From positions 10,810 through 74,809 of the forward strand of contig JAHIPV010000020.1 of the NCBI GenBank assembly GCA_018902845.1: DNA of 64,000 nucleotides, read 5' to 3'. A program made the position numbers and the translations under genes. Shown piece after piece: positions 27,138-35,837 of this stretch. The notes under the pieces are model-generated. The model made no database searches. It worked only from the letters and a program-made list of their open reading frames with translations, and was not told the origin of the DNA. The stretch is from Patescibacteria group bacterium (GTDB taxonomy: Bacteria; Patescibacteriota; Microgenomatia; UBA12405). Position 1 is the first letter of the stretch; each line of letters starts with the position of its first letter.

Positions 27138-28277
27138 ATGAAGATTAATGTTTGCAGGGTATGTGGCCAAAAGTTTTTTGATAAATCTTTGTTGGTATAT
27201 AAAAATATGCCGGCGGTAGCACAAAACTTTCCAGACGAAAAATCTTTGAAAAGTGATATGGGAATTGAAATGAAGGTGTATCAGTGTAGCGGTTGTGGCT
27301 TGGTTCAGTTAAGTAATGAGCCGGTGTCTTATTATAAGGAGGTGATACGAGCGGTAGCGTTTTCTCCGGAAATGAGAAATTTTCGGGTTAAACAATTTGG
27401 GGATTTTGTAAAAAAATATTCTTTGAAGAATAAAAGAGTGATTGAGATAGGTTGCGGTAAGGGCGAATATTTGTCGATTATGAAACAGTGTGGAGTGTCG
27501 GTATACGGGTTGGAACAATCAACGGAATCGGTTAGTCGGTGTGTGAAAGATGGATTGAAAGTTTTTCAAGGATTTGTTAAAGACAGTAGATATAAAATAA
27601 AAAATGCTCCCTATGATGCCTTTTTTATTTTGAGTTTTTTAGAACACTTACCTGATCCAAATTCAGTTCTCGGTGGTATATGTGATAATTTGTCGGATAA
27701 TGCGGTTGGAATTATTGAAGTACCTAACTTTGATATGATTTTAAAACAGAATCTTTTTTCCGAGTTTACCAGAGATCATTTGTTTTATTTTACAAAAGAT
27801 ACTTTGGTAAGATTGTTGGGTTTAAATGGTTTTGATGTTATTGGTTGTCGGGTGGTGTGGCATGAGTATATAATTTCGGCGATTGTTAAAAAGAGGGCAA
27901 GAATATCGGTTGAACATTTTTATAAAAAACAAGAAAAACTTAAGCTGGAGATTAGTCGGTATATAAGTAGATTTAAGGATAATAAAGTTGCCATATGGGG
28001 GGCCGGACATCAGTCGTTGGCTGTTATGGCTATGTTGGACTTGGCTGGTAAGATTAAATATGTGGTCGATTCGGCGCCCTTTAAACAGGGTAAATATACT
28101 CCGGCGACACATATTCCAATAGTTTCACCTGAAACACTTAACTTGGATCCAGTGGCGGGTCTGATTGTGATGGCGGCCAGTTATTCGGATGAGGTGGTAA
28201 GTATTTTGCGAAAGAGGTTTGATAAAAATTTTTCTATTTCTGTGGTGAGAGACTATGGTTTGGAAATAATCAGATAA
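27138..28277 (+). CDS. NDP-hexose C-methyltransferase (TylCIII/EryBIII-type: Zn-ribbon + class I SAM MTase + C-methyltransferase C-terminal domain)
   Basis: N-terminal C-x2-C...C-x2-C (VCGQ...CSGCGL), a SAM-binding motif VIEIGCGKGEY, and a long C-terminal domain. Confidence 0.7.
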   Translation: MKINVCRVCGQKFFDKSLLVYKNMPAVAQNFPDEKSLKSDMGIEMKVYQCSGCGLVQLSNEPVSYYKEVIRAVAFSPEMRNFRVKQFGDFVKKYSLKNKRVIEIGCGKGEYLSIMKQCGVSVYGLEQSTESVSRCVKDGLKVFQGFVKDSRYKIKNAPYDAFFILSFLEHLPDPNSVLGGICDNLSDNAVGIIEVPNFDMILKQNLFSEFTRDHLFYFTKDTLVRLLGLNGFDVIGCRVVWHEYIISAIVKKRARISVEHFYKKQEKLKLEISRYISRFKDNKVAIWGAGHQSLAVMAMLDLAGKIKYVVDSAPFKQGKYTPATHIPIVSPETLNLDPVAGLIVMAASYSDEVVSILRKRFDKNFSISVVRDYGLEIIR

Positions 28278-28347
28278 TTGCAATTTATGAAATTTTTTTA
28301 TGGGGGGATGTATAATAGGAACAGTTAGAGTTTAAAAGATAAATAAT

Positions 28348-29436
28348 ATGCCTATTAGATTAGAGCGGGGGCTTACACAAGCGGAAGTAAAAGGTAGGGC
28401 TAGGTTGGCTGAGAAAAAGCCGGCGGTAGCCGAGAAGTATGAGTTGTTTGACGCTAGGGTTGAAGAAGGGAAAAGTAATGCAATAATTCAATTTCAAGTT
28501 GACTATAGGTGTAATTTTCGTTGTGAGCATTGCTGTATAACAGGATTACGAAGATCGAGACAAGAAGAGAGTTTTGATGTGGGTAAGGTTAGAGATCTGG
28601 CAGATCAAGCCGACGAAATGGGGTTGGCGGAATTTGTAATTACCGGGGGAGAGCCTCTAATTATCCCCTGGTACGATGAATTGGTAGAGGCGATTGGTCC
28701 GGATCGGTTCTATATAGCCTCTGATACCAATGGGTGGTACCTGGATGAAAAAATGGCAAAGCATTTGGTTGATATAGGAGTAGATAAGACCCAGATTAGT
28801 CTTGATAGTTTATCAGCGGATGAGCATGATGCTTTTAGAAGACATAAAGGAGCTCATGAAAGAGCCGTTAGGGGAATAAGAGCATCTTTAGATGCGGGTT
28901 TAAGTACTTTGGTGCAGACCGTAGTGACCCGCGATAGGATAAGATCATCGGAGTTTGAAGGTTTTTTAAAATTTATCAATGAGATGGGGGCGCCGGTGTT
29001 TGTAACTTATGCTAAGCCTGTTGGTGCTTGGGAAAGGAATTACGGTGCTATGGTAAGTAGGGCTGATATGGATTATATGCGGGAGTTGGAGGAAAAATAT
29101 AGAGTTTTTACACATTTGACACCTGCCTATGGTTGGGATTTGGGTTGTATTGCGGTAAAGAGAATGATTTCGGTTACGCAATATGGTGATGTGATGCCGT
29201 GTCCATACACACATATTTCGTTGGGGAATGTTTTTGACGAGTCATTGGAAGAGATTGTTGAAAGAGGTATGAAAATTAGACATTTTGGGGAGCATAGGGA
29301 TACATGTTTAATGGCGGAAGATGTAATGGCAAGGCCGGGAGGTTTTGTTAAAGAGTATATTGAGCCTAGGGTGTATGATAAGGTGTTACCGGTACCCTGG
29401 AATCAGGTATTTATGGATGAAGATTTTATTAAGTGA
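28348..29436 (+). CDS. Radical SAM enzyme
   Basis: CNFRCEHCC (CxxxCxxC) near the N-terminus, plus a glycine-rich SAM motif VITGGEP. G+C is noticeably higher than in flanking genes. Confidence 0.75.
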   Translation: MPIRLERGLTQAEVKGRARLAEKKPAVAEKYELFDARVEEGKSNAIIQFQVDYRCNFRCEHCCITGLRRSRQEESFDVGKVRDLADQADEMGLAEFVITGGEPLIIPWYDELVEAIGPDRFYIASDTNGWYLDEKMAKHLVDIGVDKTQISLDSLSADEHDAFRRHKGAHERAVRGIRASLDAGLSTLVQTVVTRDRIRSSEFEGFLKFINEMGAPVFVTYAKPVGAWERNYGAMVSRADMDYMRELEEKYRVFTHLTPAYGWDLGCIAVKRMISVTQYGDVMPCPYTHISLGNVFDESLEEIVERGMKIRHFGEHRDTCLMAEDVMARPGGFVKEYIEPRVYDKVLPVPWNQVFMDEDFIK

Positions 29437-30331
29437 AATTAAACCAAAAATAAAAGCTTTTGTTTTTGATTTTGATGGTACGATAAAAAGTTCTAAAGAA
29501 CCGGATTGTTTGCCGTTGGAACTAATAGAAAGAATTGTGTCTGCCGGTAAAAAAGTGGCAATTGTGACTGCTTCTGGAGTATCGGCATTGAATGGTTTAG
29601 GGCAACAAATAACAAGGTTATTGTTGGAGGGTAATTATTCGACGAGGGTATATTTGGGAATTGCCAATGGAATGGGTCTGTATGGATTGGATAAACAGGG
29701 AAAATGCGAGTTATATAGTTATCCAATAGAGATTATTGATGTTAAAAAGATTTTGAAGGCTTGGGAAAAGGCGGTAAGTTTAGTTGGGATTAAAGACGAA
29801 GATTTAGTGGAGAAGGGACTGACAACATTCAAGAGGTTTTTAGAAAAAGATTGGGGAAGGTACATCCCGAAGGATTATTTGTCATTGGTTAAAAGCCGGA
29901 AGGGAAAATGTTTTGCGGAGAGGTTGAAGGTGACATTGGTTATGCCCAGAAGTGAGGTCTTTTCTCAAGTGGAATTTGTGAGAATGGTACAGGAAGAAAT
30001 AGATAAATTGACGGGTAAGGAGAAATTTGTGATAGAGACGGGTGATGATGTTTTTGCCCATGTGACTTGTTGGCCGAGGATGGAACCGAAGTTGTTTGCT
30101 TTAAATAGGATTAAGCTGGAGTTAGAGTTGAAAGATAGGGAGTTGGTTGTTTTTGGTGATATGCCATTTGGTAATGATAGAGGAATGTTGATAGACAGTA
30201 ATTTACCTTATACCTTTACTAATAGATATTTTAAAAAGAAGGATGTTAAAAAACCACCCTATTTTTTATCGGGACTAGCGGAGAGGCCGGTGTTGAGCGT
30301 TTACCGAGCTGTTAATTATTTGATAAACTAA
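29417..30331 (+). CDS. HAD-superfamily hydrolase/phosphatase
   Basis: Motif I FVFDFDGTI. The start is probably ATG at 29417, overlapping the radical SAM stop. Confidence 0.6.
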   Translation: MKILLSEIKPKIKAFVFDFDGTIKSSKEPDCLPLELIERIVSAGKKVAIVTASGVSALNGLGQQITRLLLEGNYSTRVYLGIANGMGLYGLDKQGKCELYSYPIEIIDVKKILKAWEKAVSLVGIKDEDLVEKGLTTFKRFLEKDWGRYIPKDYLSLVKSRKGKCFAERLKVTLVMPRSEVFSQVEFVRMVQEEIDKLTGKEKFVIETGDDVFAHVTCWPRMEPKLFALNRIKLELELKDRELVVFGDMPFGNDRGMLIDSNLPYTFTNRYFKKKDVKKPPYFLSGLAERPVLSVYRAVNYLIN

Positions 30332-30361
30332 AACTATAATTATAAATTGGGATATATTAAT

Positions 30362-32026
30362 ATGAAACTGAGTGATTATGTATTTAAATTTTTAGAAGAT
30401 TATACAGATATGGTTTTTTTACTTTCCGGTGGTGGAATAATGCATTTGGTTGATTCTTTGGGTAATTCAAAATTACATGCAATTTGCTGTCATCATGAAC
30501 AAGCATGTGCAATTGCAGCAGAGGGTTATGCTCGAATTAAAAATAAGGTTGGAGTGTCTTTAGTAACTACTGGTCCGGGTGGAACAAACGCAATTACCGG
30601 AGTGGCTGGAGCATGGCTAGACAGTATTCCGATGTTAGTTATTAGTGGTCAAGTTAAGACTGGTGATATAACTCCCAAAGTAAGGGGTATCCCAATAGTT
30701 AGGGCTACTGGTTTTCAAGAATTAAATGTGGTTGATTTAGTTAAACCAATTACTAAATATGTTGTAACAATAAATAAACCAAATGAAATTAAGTATCAGT
30801 TGGAGAAGGCTTTATATTTGGCTACAAATGAACGTCCAGGGCCGGTTTGGGTAGAAATACCATTGGATATTCAGACTGTTGAAATTGATATTAGAAAATT
30901 AAAAGGATTTAAAAAACCATTAATTAAAAAAAATTACCAGAGCGAAAAAATTAATTTAATTGCAAAAAAACTTAATGAGGCAAAAAGACCATTGTTAATG
31001 GTCGGAAATGGAACAAGATTAGTTGGTGGGGAAAAAATATTACAAAAAATACTGGATAAATTAAAAATTAATGCAGTTACACCGATTTTTACGGCTGATG
31101 ACTTAGTAACAAGTGATTATTTATATTATTTAGGTAGGCAAGGAATGCCTGGTAATGAAACCGCAAATTGGGCAATGGATAATTGTGATTTATTGTTGAT
31201 TATTGGTGAAAGAATGCAACTAACACAGGTATCTTATGATTATAAAAAATTTTCACCAGATGCTTTTAAAATTATGGTGGATATTGATGAAAATGAGATA
31301 AATAAAAAAACACTAAAGATTGATTTGCCTGTATGTATGGATGCTAAATTGTTTTTGGAAGAATTATTTAAAAAAGATATTAAATTAAATAGGTGGAATG
31401 TTGAAGTTAAGCCAATAAATGTCAAAAAATATGAAAGCAGTGGAAATTTTGTAAATGTTTATAGTTTTTTTGAAGGACTTAATAAAAATATATTTGGACT
31501 TAATATAGCAACTACCAATGGAATGGCCAGTGTGGCGACTCACCAGGCTATAAAAATAAAAAATGGACAACGTATTATTACTAATGCTGGATTAGGTCAT
31601 ATGGGATCAGGATTACCTTTAGCCATTGGGGTTTGTTTAGCCTCAGGTAAATCCCCTACTATTTGTATGGAGGGCGATGGTTCACTTATGCTTAATATTC
31701 AAGAATTGCAGACGATAATTTATCATAAGTTACCGATAAAAATATTTATTTTTAACAATGGCGGTTATTATTCCATTAGAAATACGCATCAAAATTATTT
31801 TCAGAGGGTTTTTGCGGCTGATGTAAAAAGTGGGCTTAGCTTACCTGATTTTGAAAAATTAACAAAAGGATGGGGTTTAAAGTATATTAAAATTGCCAAT
31901 AATAAAGAGATTTATAAAATCAAGAAGGTTATTGATTATCCGGGTCCGATTGTTTGTGAGCTTATAATTGATCCTCAACAAAAGATGTTACCAAAGTGGT
32001 CTGCCGGTAATTTAAAAGAAAATTAA
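30362..32026 (+). CDS. Thiamine-diphosphate-dependent enzyme of the acetolactate-synthase large-subunit family (YerE-like sugar two-carbon branching enzyme candidate)
   Basis: N-terminal Pyr domain (SLVTTGPGGTNAITGVAGAWLDSIPMLVISGQV) and a C-terminal TPP motif (MEGDGSLMLNIQELQT ... NNGGY). Confidence 0.75.
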   Translation: MKLSDYVFKFLEDYTDMVFLLSGGGIMHLVDSLGNSKLHAICCHHEQACAIAAEGYARIKNKVGVSLVTTGPGGTNAITGVAGAWLDSIPMLVISGQVKTGDITPKVRGIPIVRATGFQELNVVDLVKPITKYVVTINKPNEIKYQLEKALYLATNERPGPVWVEIPLDIQTVEIDIRKLKGFKKPLIKKNYQSEKINLIAKKLNEAKRPLLMVGNGTRLVGGEKILQKILDKLKINAVTPIFTADDLVTSDYLYYLGRQGMPGNETANWAMDNCDLLLIIGERMQLTQVSYDYKKFSPDAFKIMVDIDENEINKKTLKIDLPVCMDAKLFLEELFKKDIKLNRWNVEVKPINVKKYESSGNFVNVYSFFEGLNKNIFGLNIATTNGMASVATHQAIKIKNGQRIITNAGLGHMGSGLPLAIGVCLASGKSPTICMEGDGSLMLNIQELQTIIYHKLPIKIFIFNNGGYYSIRNTHQNYFQRVFAADVKSGLSLPDFEKLTKGWGLKYIKIANNKEIYKIKKVIDYPGPIVCELIIDPQQKMLPKWSAGNLKEN

Positions 32027-32031
32027 TTTAT

Positions 32032-32970
32032 ATGGAAAAGAAAAAGATAACTATTGGAGTCCCATGTTTTAATGAAGAGAAAAATGTAATTAATATGTAC
32101 AATAAATTGAAATGTGTAGTAGAAAAAATAAAGAAATATAAATTTGAATTTTTATTTGTAGATAATGGCAGTAGTGATAAAACCAGGGAAAAAATAATGT
32201 TTTTGACTAAAAAGGATAAAAATGTAAAAGGAGTATTTTTGTCTCGTGATTTTGGACCCGAAGGTTCTGGTGCAGCTATTTTATATAATACTAATTCAGA
32301 TGGATTAATTATTGTCGCTTGTGATTTTCAAGATCCACCGGAATTAATTTCTAAATTTATAAAAAAATGGGAAGATGGCTATGAAGTTATTTTGGGTCAA
32401 TATAATAAAATAGAAGATTCTCCTTTTATGACTTTAATGAGAAAGATGTTTTATAAGTTGTTTAAGAATATATCAAATATAGATGTTCCAATAAATGTAA
32501 CTGGATTTGGATTGTTAGATAAAAAGGTTATTGATGCGATGAAATCATTACCAGAAAAATTTAGATTTGGTAGAGGCTTAATTTCTTGGGTTGGTTTTAA
32601 AAGAATTTTTGTATCCTACGAAAGACAAAAAAGGGAAAATGGGAAAAGTTCGTATGATTTTTTTGCTTATGTAAAACATTCCGAGCGAGGTGTTTTTGGA
32701 TTTTCTTATCTTCCGTTAGACTTAATAGTTTATGTTGGTTTTATAATAACCATTCTTTCTTTCTTGTTTGTTATTGGTTATTTGTTTACAGTCTTTGTCT
32801 TTGGAAATCCAATAAATGCATCAATACCAATTTTATTGGCAATAGTATTTTTTGGTGGAGTTAATTTAATGGCATTAAGTATTATTGGAAAATATATTCA
32901 GGTAATAGTAGAAGAGACAAAAAATAGACCCATGTATATTGTTGATAAAAAAATAAATTTTAAAAACTAA
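32032..32970 (+). CDS. GtrB/ArnC-like GT2 polyprenyl-phosphate sugar transferase with C-terminal TM helices
   Basis: ITIGVPCFNEEKNV ... FVDNGSSDKT, plus two C-terminal TM helices. Confidence 0.75.
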   Translation: MEKKKITIGVPCFNEEKNVINMYNKLKCVVEKIKKYKFEFLFVDNGSSDKTREKIMFLTKKDKNVKGVFLSRDFGPEGSGAAILYNTNSDGLIIVACDFQDPPELISKFIKKWEDGYEVILGQYNKIEDSPFMTLMRKMFYKLFKNISNIDVPINVTGFGLLDKKVIDAMKSLPEKFRFGRGLISWVGFKRIFVSYERQKRENGKSSYDFFAYVKHSERGVFGFSYLPLDLIVYVGFIITILSFLFVIGYLFTVFVFGNPINASIPILLAIVFFGGVNLMALSIIGKYIQVIVEETKNRPMYIVDKKINFKN

Positions 32971-32973
32971 TTT

Positions 32974-34233
32974 ATGAAAAAAAAATTTATACCAGGTGAA
33001 ACATATGTTTCAGTTTCAGGGAAAGTGTTTGATAAAGAGGAAATTAACAACGCCATAGAGGCGGCAAAGGATGGATGGTGGACGGAAGGGCGGTTTGCAT
33101 TGAAATTTGAGGAAAAATTTAAAAAGTATTTAGGAGTTAAACATGTCTCGTTGGTTAATTCTGGTTCATCGGCAAATTTAGTGGCCTTAGCGGCGCTGAC
33201 ATCGGACTTATTTGGTGAAAAGAGACTTAAGGCCGGTGATGAGTTTGTGACGACGTCGGTGGCTTTTCCGACGACGGTTAATCCGGGTATTCAGTATAGA
33301 TTAAAGCCGGTGTTTGTTGATGTTGGGGTTGGAGATTTAAATATTGATATGGCAAAGATTGAAAAGGCGATTACAAAAAAGACCCGGTTAATTATGCTGG
33401 CTCATACTTTGGGTTTTCCCTTTGATTTGACCGAAGTGATGCGTTTAGTAAAAAAGTATGATTTGTGGTTGATTGAGGACTGCTGTGATGCTTTGGGGAC
33501 GAAATATGGTAATAAGTACGTGGGTCAGTATGGCCATATAGCAACATTTAGTTTTTATCCGGCTCATCATATAACGATGGGAGAAGGGGGGGCGGTGATT
33601 ACCAACAATCGGTTGATTCATAAGGCAATTAGGCGGTTTAGGGACTGGGGGAGGGACTGTTGGTGTGGGACAGGTCAGGATAATAGTTGTGGTAGGAGAT
33701 TTAAATGGAAACTGGGTGAGTTGCCGTATGGTTATGATCATAAATATATTTATTCTGAGTTGGGGTACAATCTTAAACTGACAGATTTTCAAGCGGCAAT
33801 TGGAGTGGCTCAGTTAAAAAAACTGCCGGGTTTTATAAAAAAGCGACGAGCTAATTACAAGAAATTATATGAGTTTTTTAAAAAATATGAAGAATATTTT
33901 GTGTTGATGCGGGAGGATGAAAAGACAGAGGTGTCGTATTTTGGTTTTCCGATAGTGGTAAAGAGTGGAGCGCCTTTTACCAGAAATGAAATGTCTGAAT
34001 ATTTGGAGAAGAATAAGGTGGGGACTCGGAATGTGTTTACCGGGAATTTATTAAGACATCCCGCGTATGTAGACTTGCGGAAGAGTTTTAGATTAGTGGA
34101 GGGGATGGAAAACGCTGATGCTATTATGAACAATGCATTTTGGATTGGAGTGTGGCCGGGGATTGATGGAGTGAGGATGAAGTATATGAAGATGGTGATA
34201 ACGAAATTTCTTAAAACGCAGGGGATTTTTTAG
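32974..34233 (+). CDS. rfbH: CDP-6-deoxy-L-threo-D-glycero-4-hexulose 3-dehydrase (E1, DegT-family PMP enzyme with Fe-S cluster)
   Basis: His replaces the PLP-binding Lys (SFYPAHHITMGEGG), and a C-x-C-x7-C cluster motif is present (DCWCGTGQDNSC). Both are E1 hallmarks. Confidence 0.8.
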   Translation: MKKKFIPGETYVSVSGKVFDKEEINNAIEAAKDGWWTEGRFALKFEEKFKKYLGVKHVSLVNSGSSANLVALAALTSDLFGEKRLKAGDEFVTTSVAFPTTVNPGIQYRLKPVFVDVGVGDLNIDMAKIEKAITKKTRLIMLAHTLGFPFDLTEVMRLVKKYDLWLIEDCCDALGTKYGNKYVGQYGHIATFSFYPAHHITMGEGGAVITNNRLIHKAIRRFRDWGRDCWCGTGQDNSCGRRFKWKLGELPYGYDHKYIYSELGYNLKLTDFQAAIGVAQLKKLPGFIKKRRANYKKLYEFFKKYEEYFVLMREDEKTEVSYFGFPIVVKSGAPFTRNEMSEYLEKNKVGTRNVFTGNLLRHPAYVDLRKSFRLVEGMENADAIMNNAFWIGVWPGIDGVRMKYMKMVITKFLKTQGIF

Positions 34234-34262
34234 AGAAAGAATTTTGTGGACAGAAGGTTGTT

Positions 34263-35810
34263 TTATTGGTTTTGCAGTTCACAGGGAATTGTGAGTATTT
34301 GTTGATTCCAATTAGGTTTGCCAATGGGGCAGTAATCTGGCATTAAGTCAGTGACCGGACTGAATATGATTGGTTTATTTTTAATAACATAATCTGATAA
34401 TTTCTCGGTATAATTGGGATAAACCGATTTGTTAATACCTAACCAGTTGACATACATGGGGTGGAAATTTATTGTGTTTGGTTTAAGGGTGCCGTAAATT
34501 GCATCCGGGCCGTTGGTAATGATGTTTTTTTCGGGATAAGTGTTGATGATGTCAAAAGCGTTGTTGTAAAATAAAACCTCATCCATGCTCATCTTCATGT
34601 GCTTTAATGTTGGTAGTTGGGTGGTGTAATAGACGGTTTGAAGTTTTGTAACAGCGTTAGACATTCTGATAGATATTTCCAAATAAATGATAGGTAATAG
34701 GAGAATAATTAATGTGATAGCGGAAATGATTTTATTGGGTTTAGTTTTATTAAAAATAAACATGTGTTGAAAATCATGGACAAATTTTGGCAATAGGCCC
34801 ATCATGGGAGTGGCGGCCCAAAAAAGGTGTCTGAAACATGGGACCGGATAATATTGCATCCAAGAGGAAATTGAGACAAGAGATAGTATTATTTGAACGT
34901 TGTCGGAATTATTGCTTTGATGACGTATTTTTTTTATTATAGATCTTAATAGATAAAGCACAGAGAAGATTGGTAGTAATTTCCAAAGTGAAAGAATGCC
35001 GACTGAATTGGTAAAAAGGTTTTGAAAAATAACCTTGATTTGAAAGTTTTGACCAACGGTTCGACCGAAGACAACAGCTGACACGATGGATTGTAGCCAC
35101 CAGTCGTGGAAAGCCCCATTGATGGTAATCCATGACAATATAGGGATAGATATGGTTAACAGACCAAGGATGATAAAGATTGTTTCTCTAAAAACGGTAT
35201 GTAGTTTTGTTTTGTTTTTTGGAAGAGTTAGTAAAAATGATAAATATGAAAATATTAGGAGAAATATACCGACTGGCTGTCTTGTCCAAAAAGTCGCACC
35301 GATAGTTATGCCTGAAAAAAATAGATATTTATGGCGATGTTTTTGTAAGCTAAGGATTAAAAAATAGAGGGTCAAGACCAAGAAAAAAAGAGAGTAAACC
35401 GAGGACCAAGGTAGAAATAGGTATATGTAAAATGGGGCCATGGCTAACCAAATTAAACAAGAGAGTAAAGATAACCATTTTTTTTCGTAAATAGTCCAAA
35501 TTTTAAATAGAAAAAATGAAGTAAGGGCGTAGAAAAAAGATGTTTGGAGTTTAATAACTATTAAGTATTTACCAAAAATCAGCAAAGATAATGATTGTAG
35601 GATGGTAAGTAGGGCACCATATTGGGTATATGAATTTTTAAAGAGTATTTTGCCTTCAAGTAAGTCTATGGCTGGTTTAAAGACGATACCGTCGTGGTGT
35701 GGATCAACTCCAATTCTAGAAAAGATGGCGGAGATCAAGAAGGTGAAAATGGCGACAGATAGGGGTAGCGCTTGAGTAGTAAAAAATTTTTTGATGTTGA
35801 GTTTTTTCAT
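34263..35810 (-). CDS. Polytopic membrane protein, GT-C-fold glycosyltransferase-like (ArnT/PMT family)
   Basis: 515 aa with about 12 TM helices. It sits beside the GtrB-like GT2. Confidence 0.5.
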   Translation of the reverse strand: MKKLNIKKFFTTQALPLSVAIFTFLISAIFSRIGVDPHHDGIVFKPAIDLLEGKILFKNSYTQYGALLTILQSLSLLIFGKYLIVIKLQTSFFYALTSFFLFKIWTIYEKKWLSLLSCLIWLAMAPFYIYLFLPWSSVYSLFFLVLTLYFLILSLQKHRHKYLFFSGITIGATFWTRQPVGIFLLIFSYLSFLLTLPKNKTKLHTVFRETIFIILGLLTISIPILSWITINGAFHDWWLQSIVSAVVFGRTVGQNFQIKVIFQNLFTNSVGILSLWKLLPIFSVLYLLRSIIKKIRHQSNNSDNVQIILSLVSISSWMQYYPVPCFRHLFWAATPMMGLLPKFVHDFQHMFIFNKTKPNKIISAITLIILLLPIIYLEISIRMSNAVTKLQTVYYTTQLPTLKHMKMSMDEVLFYNNAFDIINTYPEKNIITNGPDAIYGTLKPNTINFHPMYVNWLGINKSVYPNYTEKLSDYVIKNKPIIFSPVTDLMPDYCPIGKPNWNQQILTIPCELQNQ

Positions 35811-35837
35811 GGTGGTGTTGATATATTTAATTGAAAA

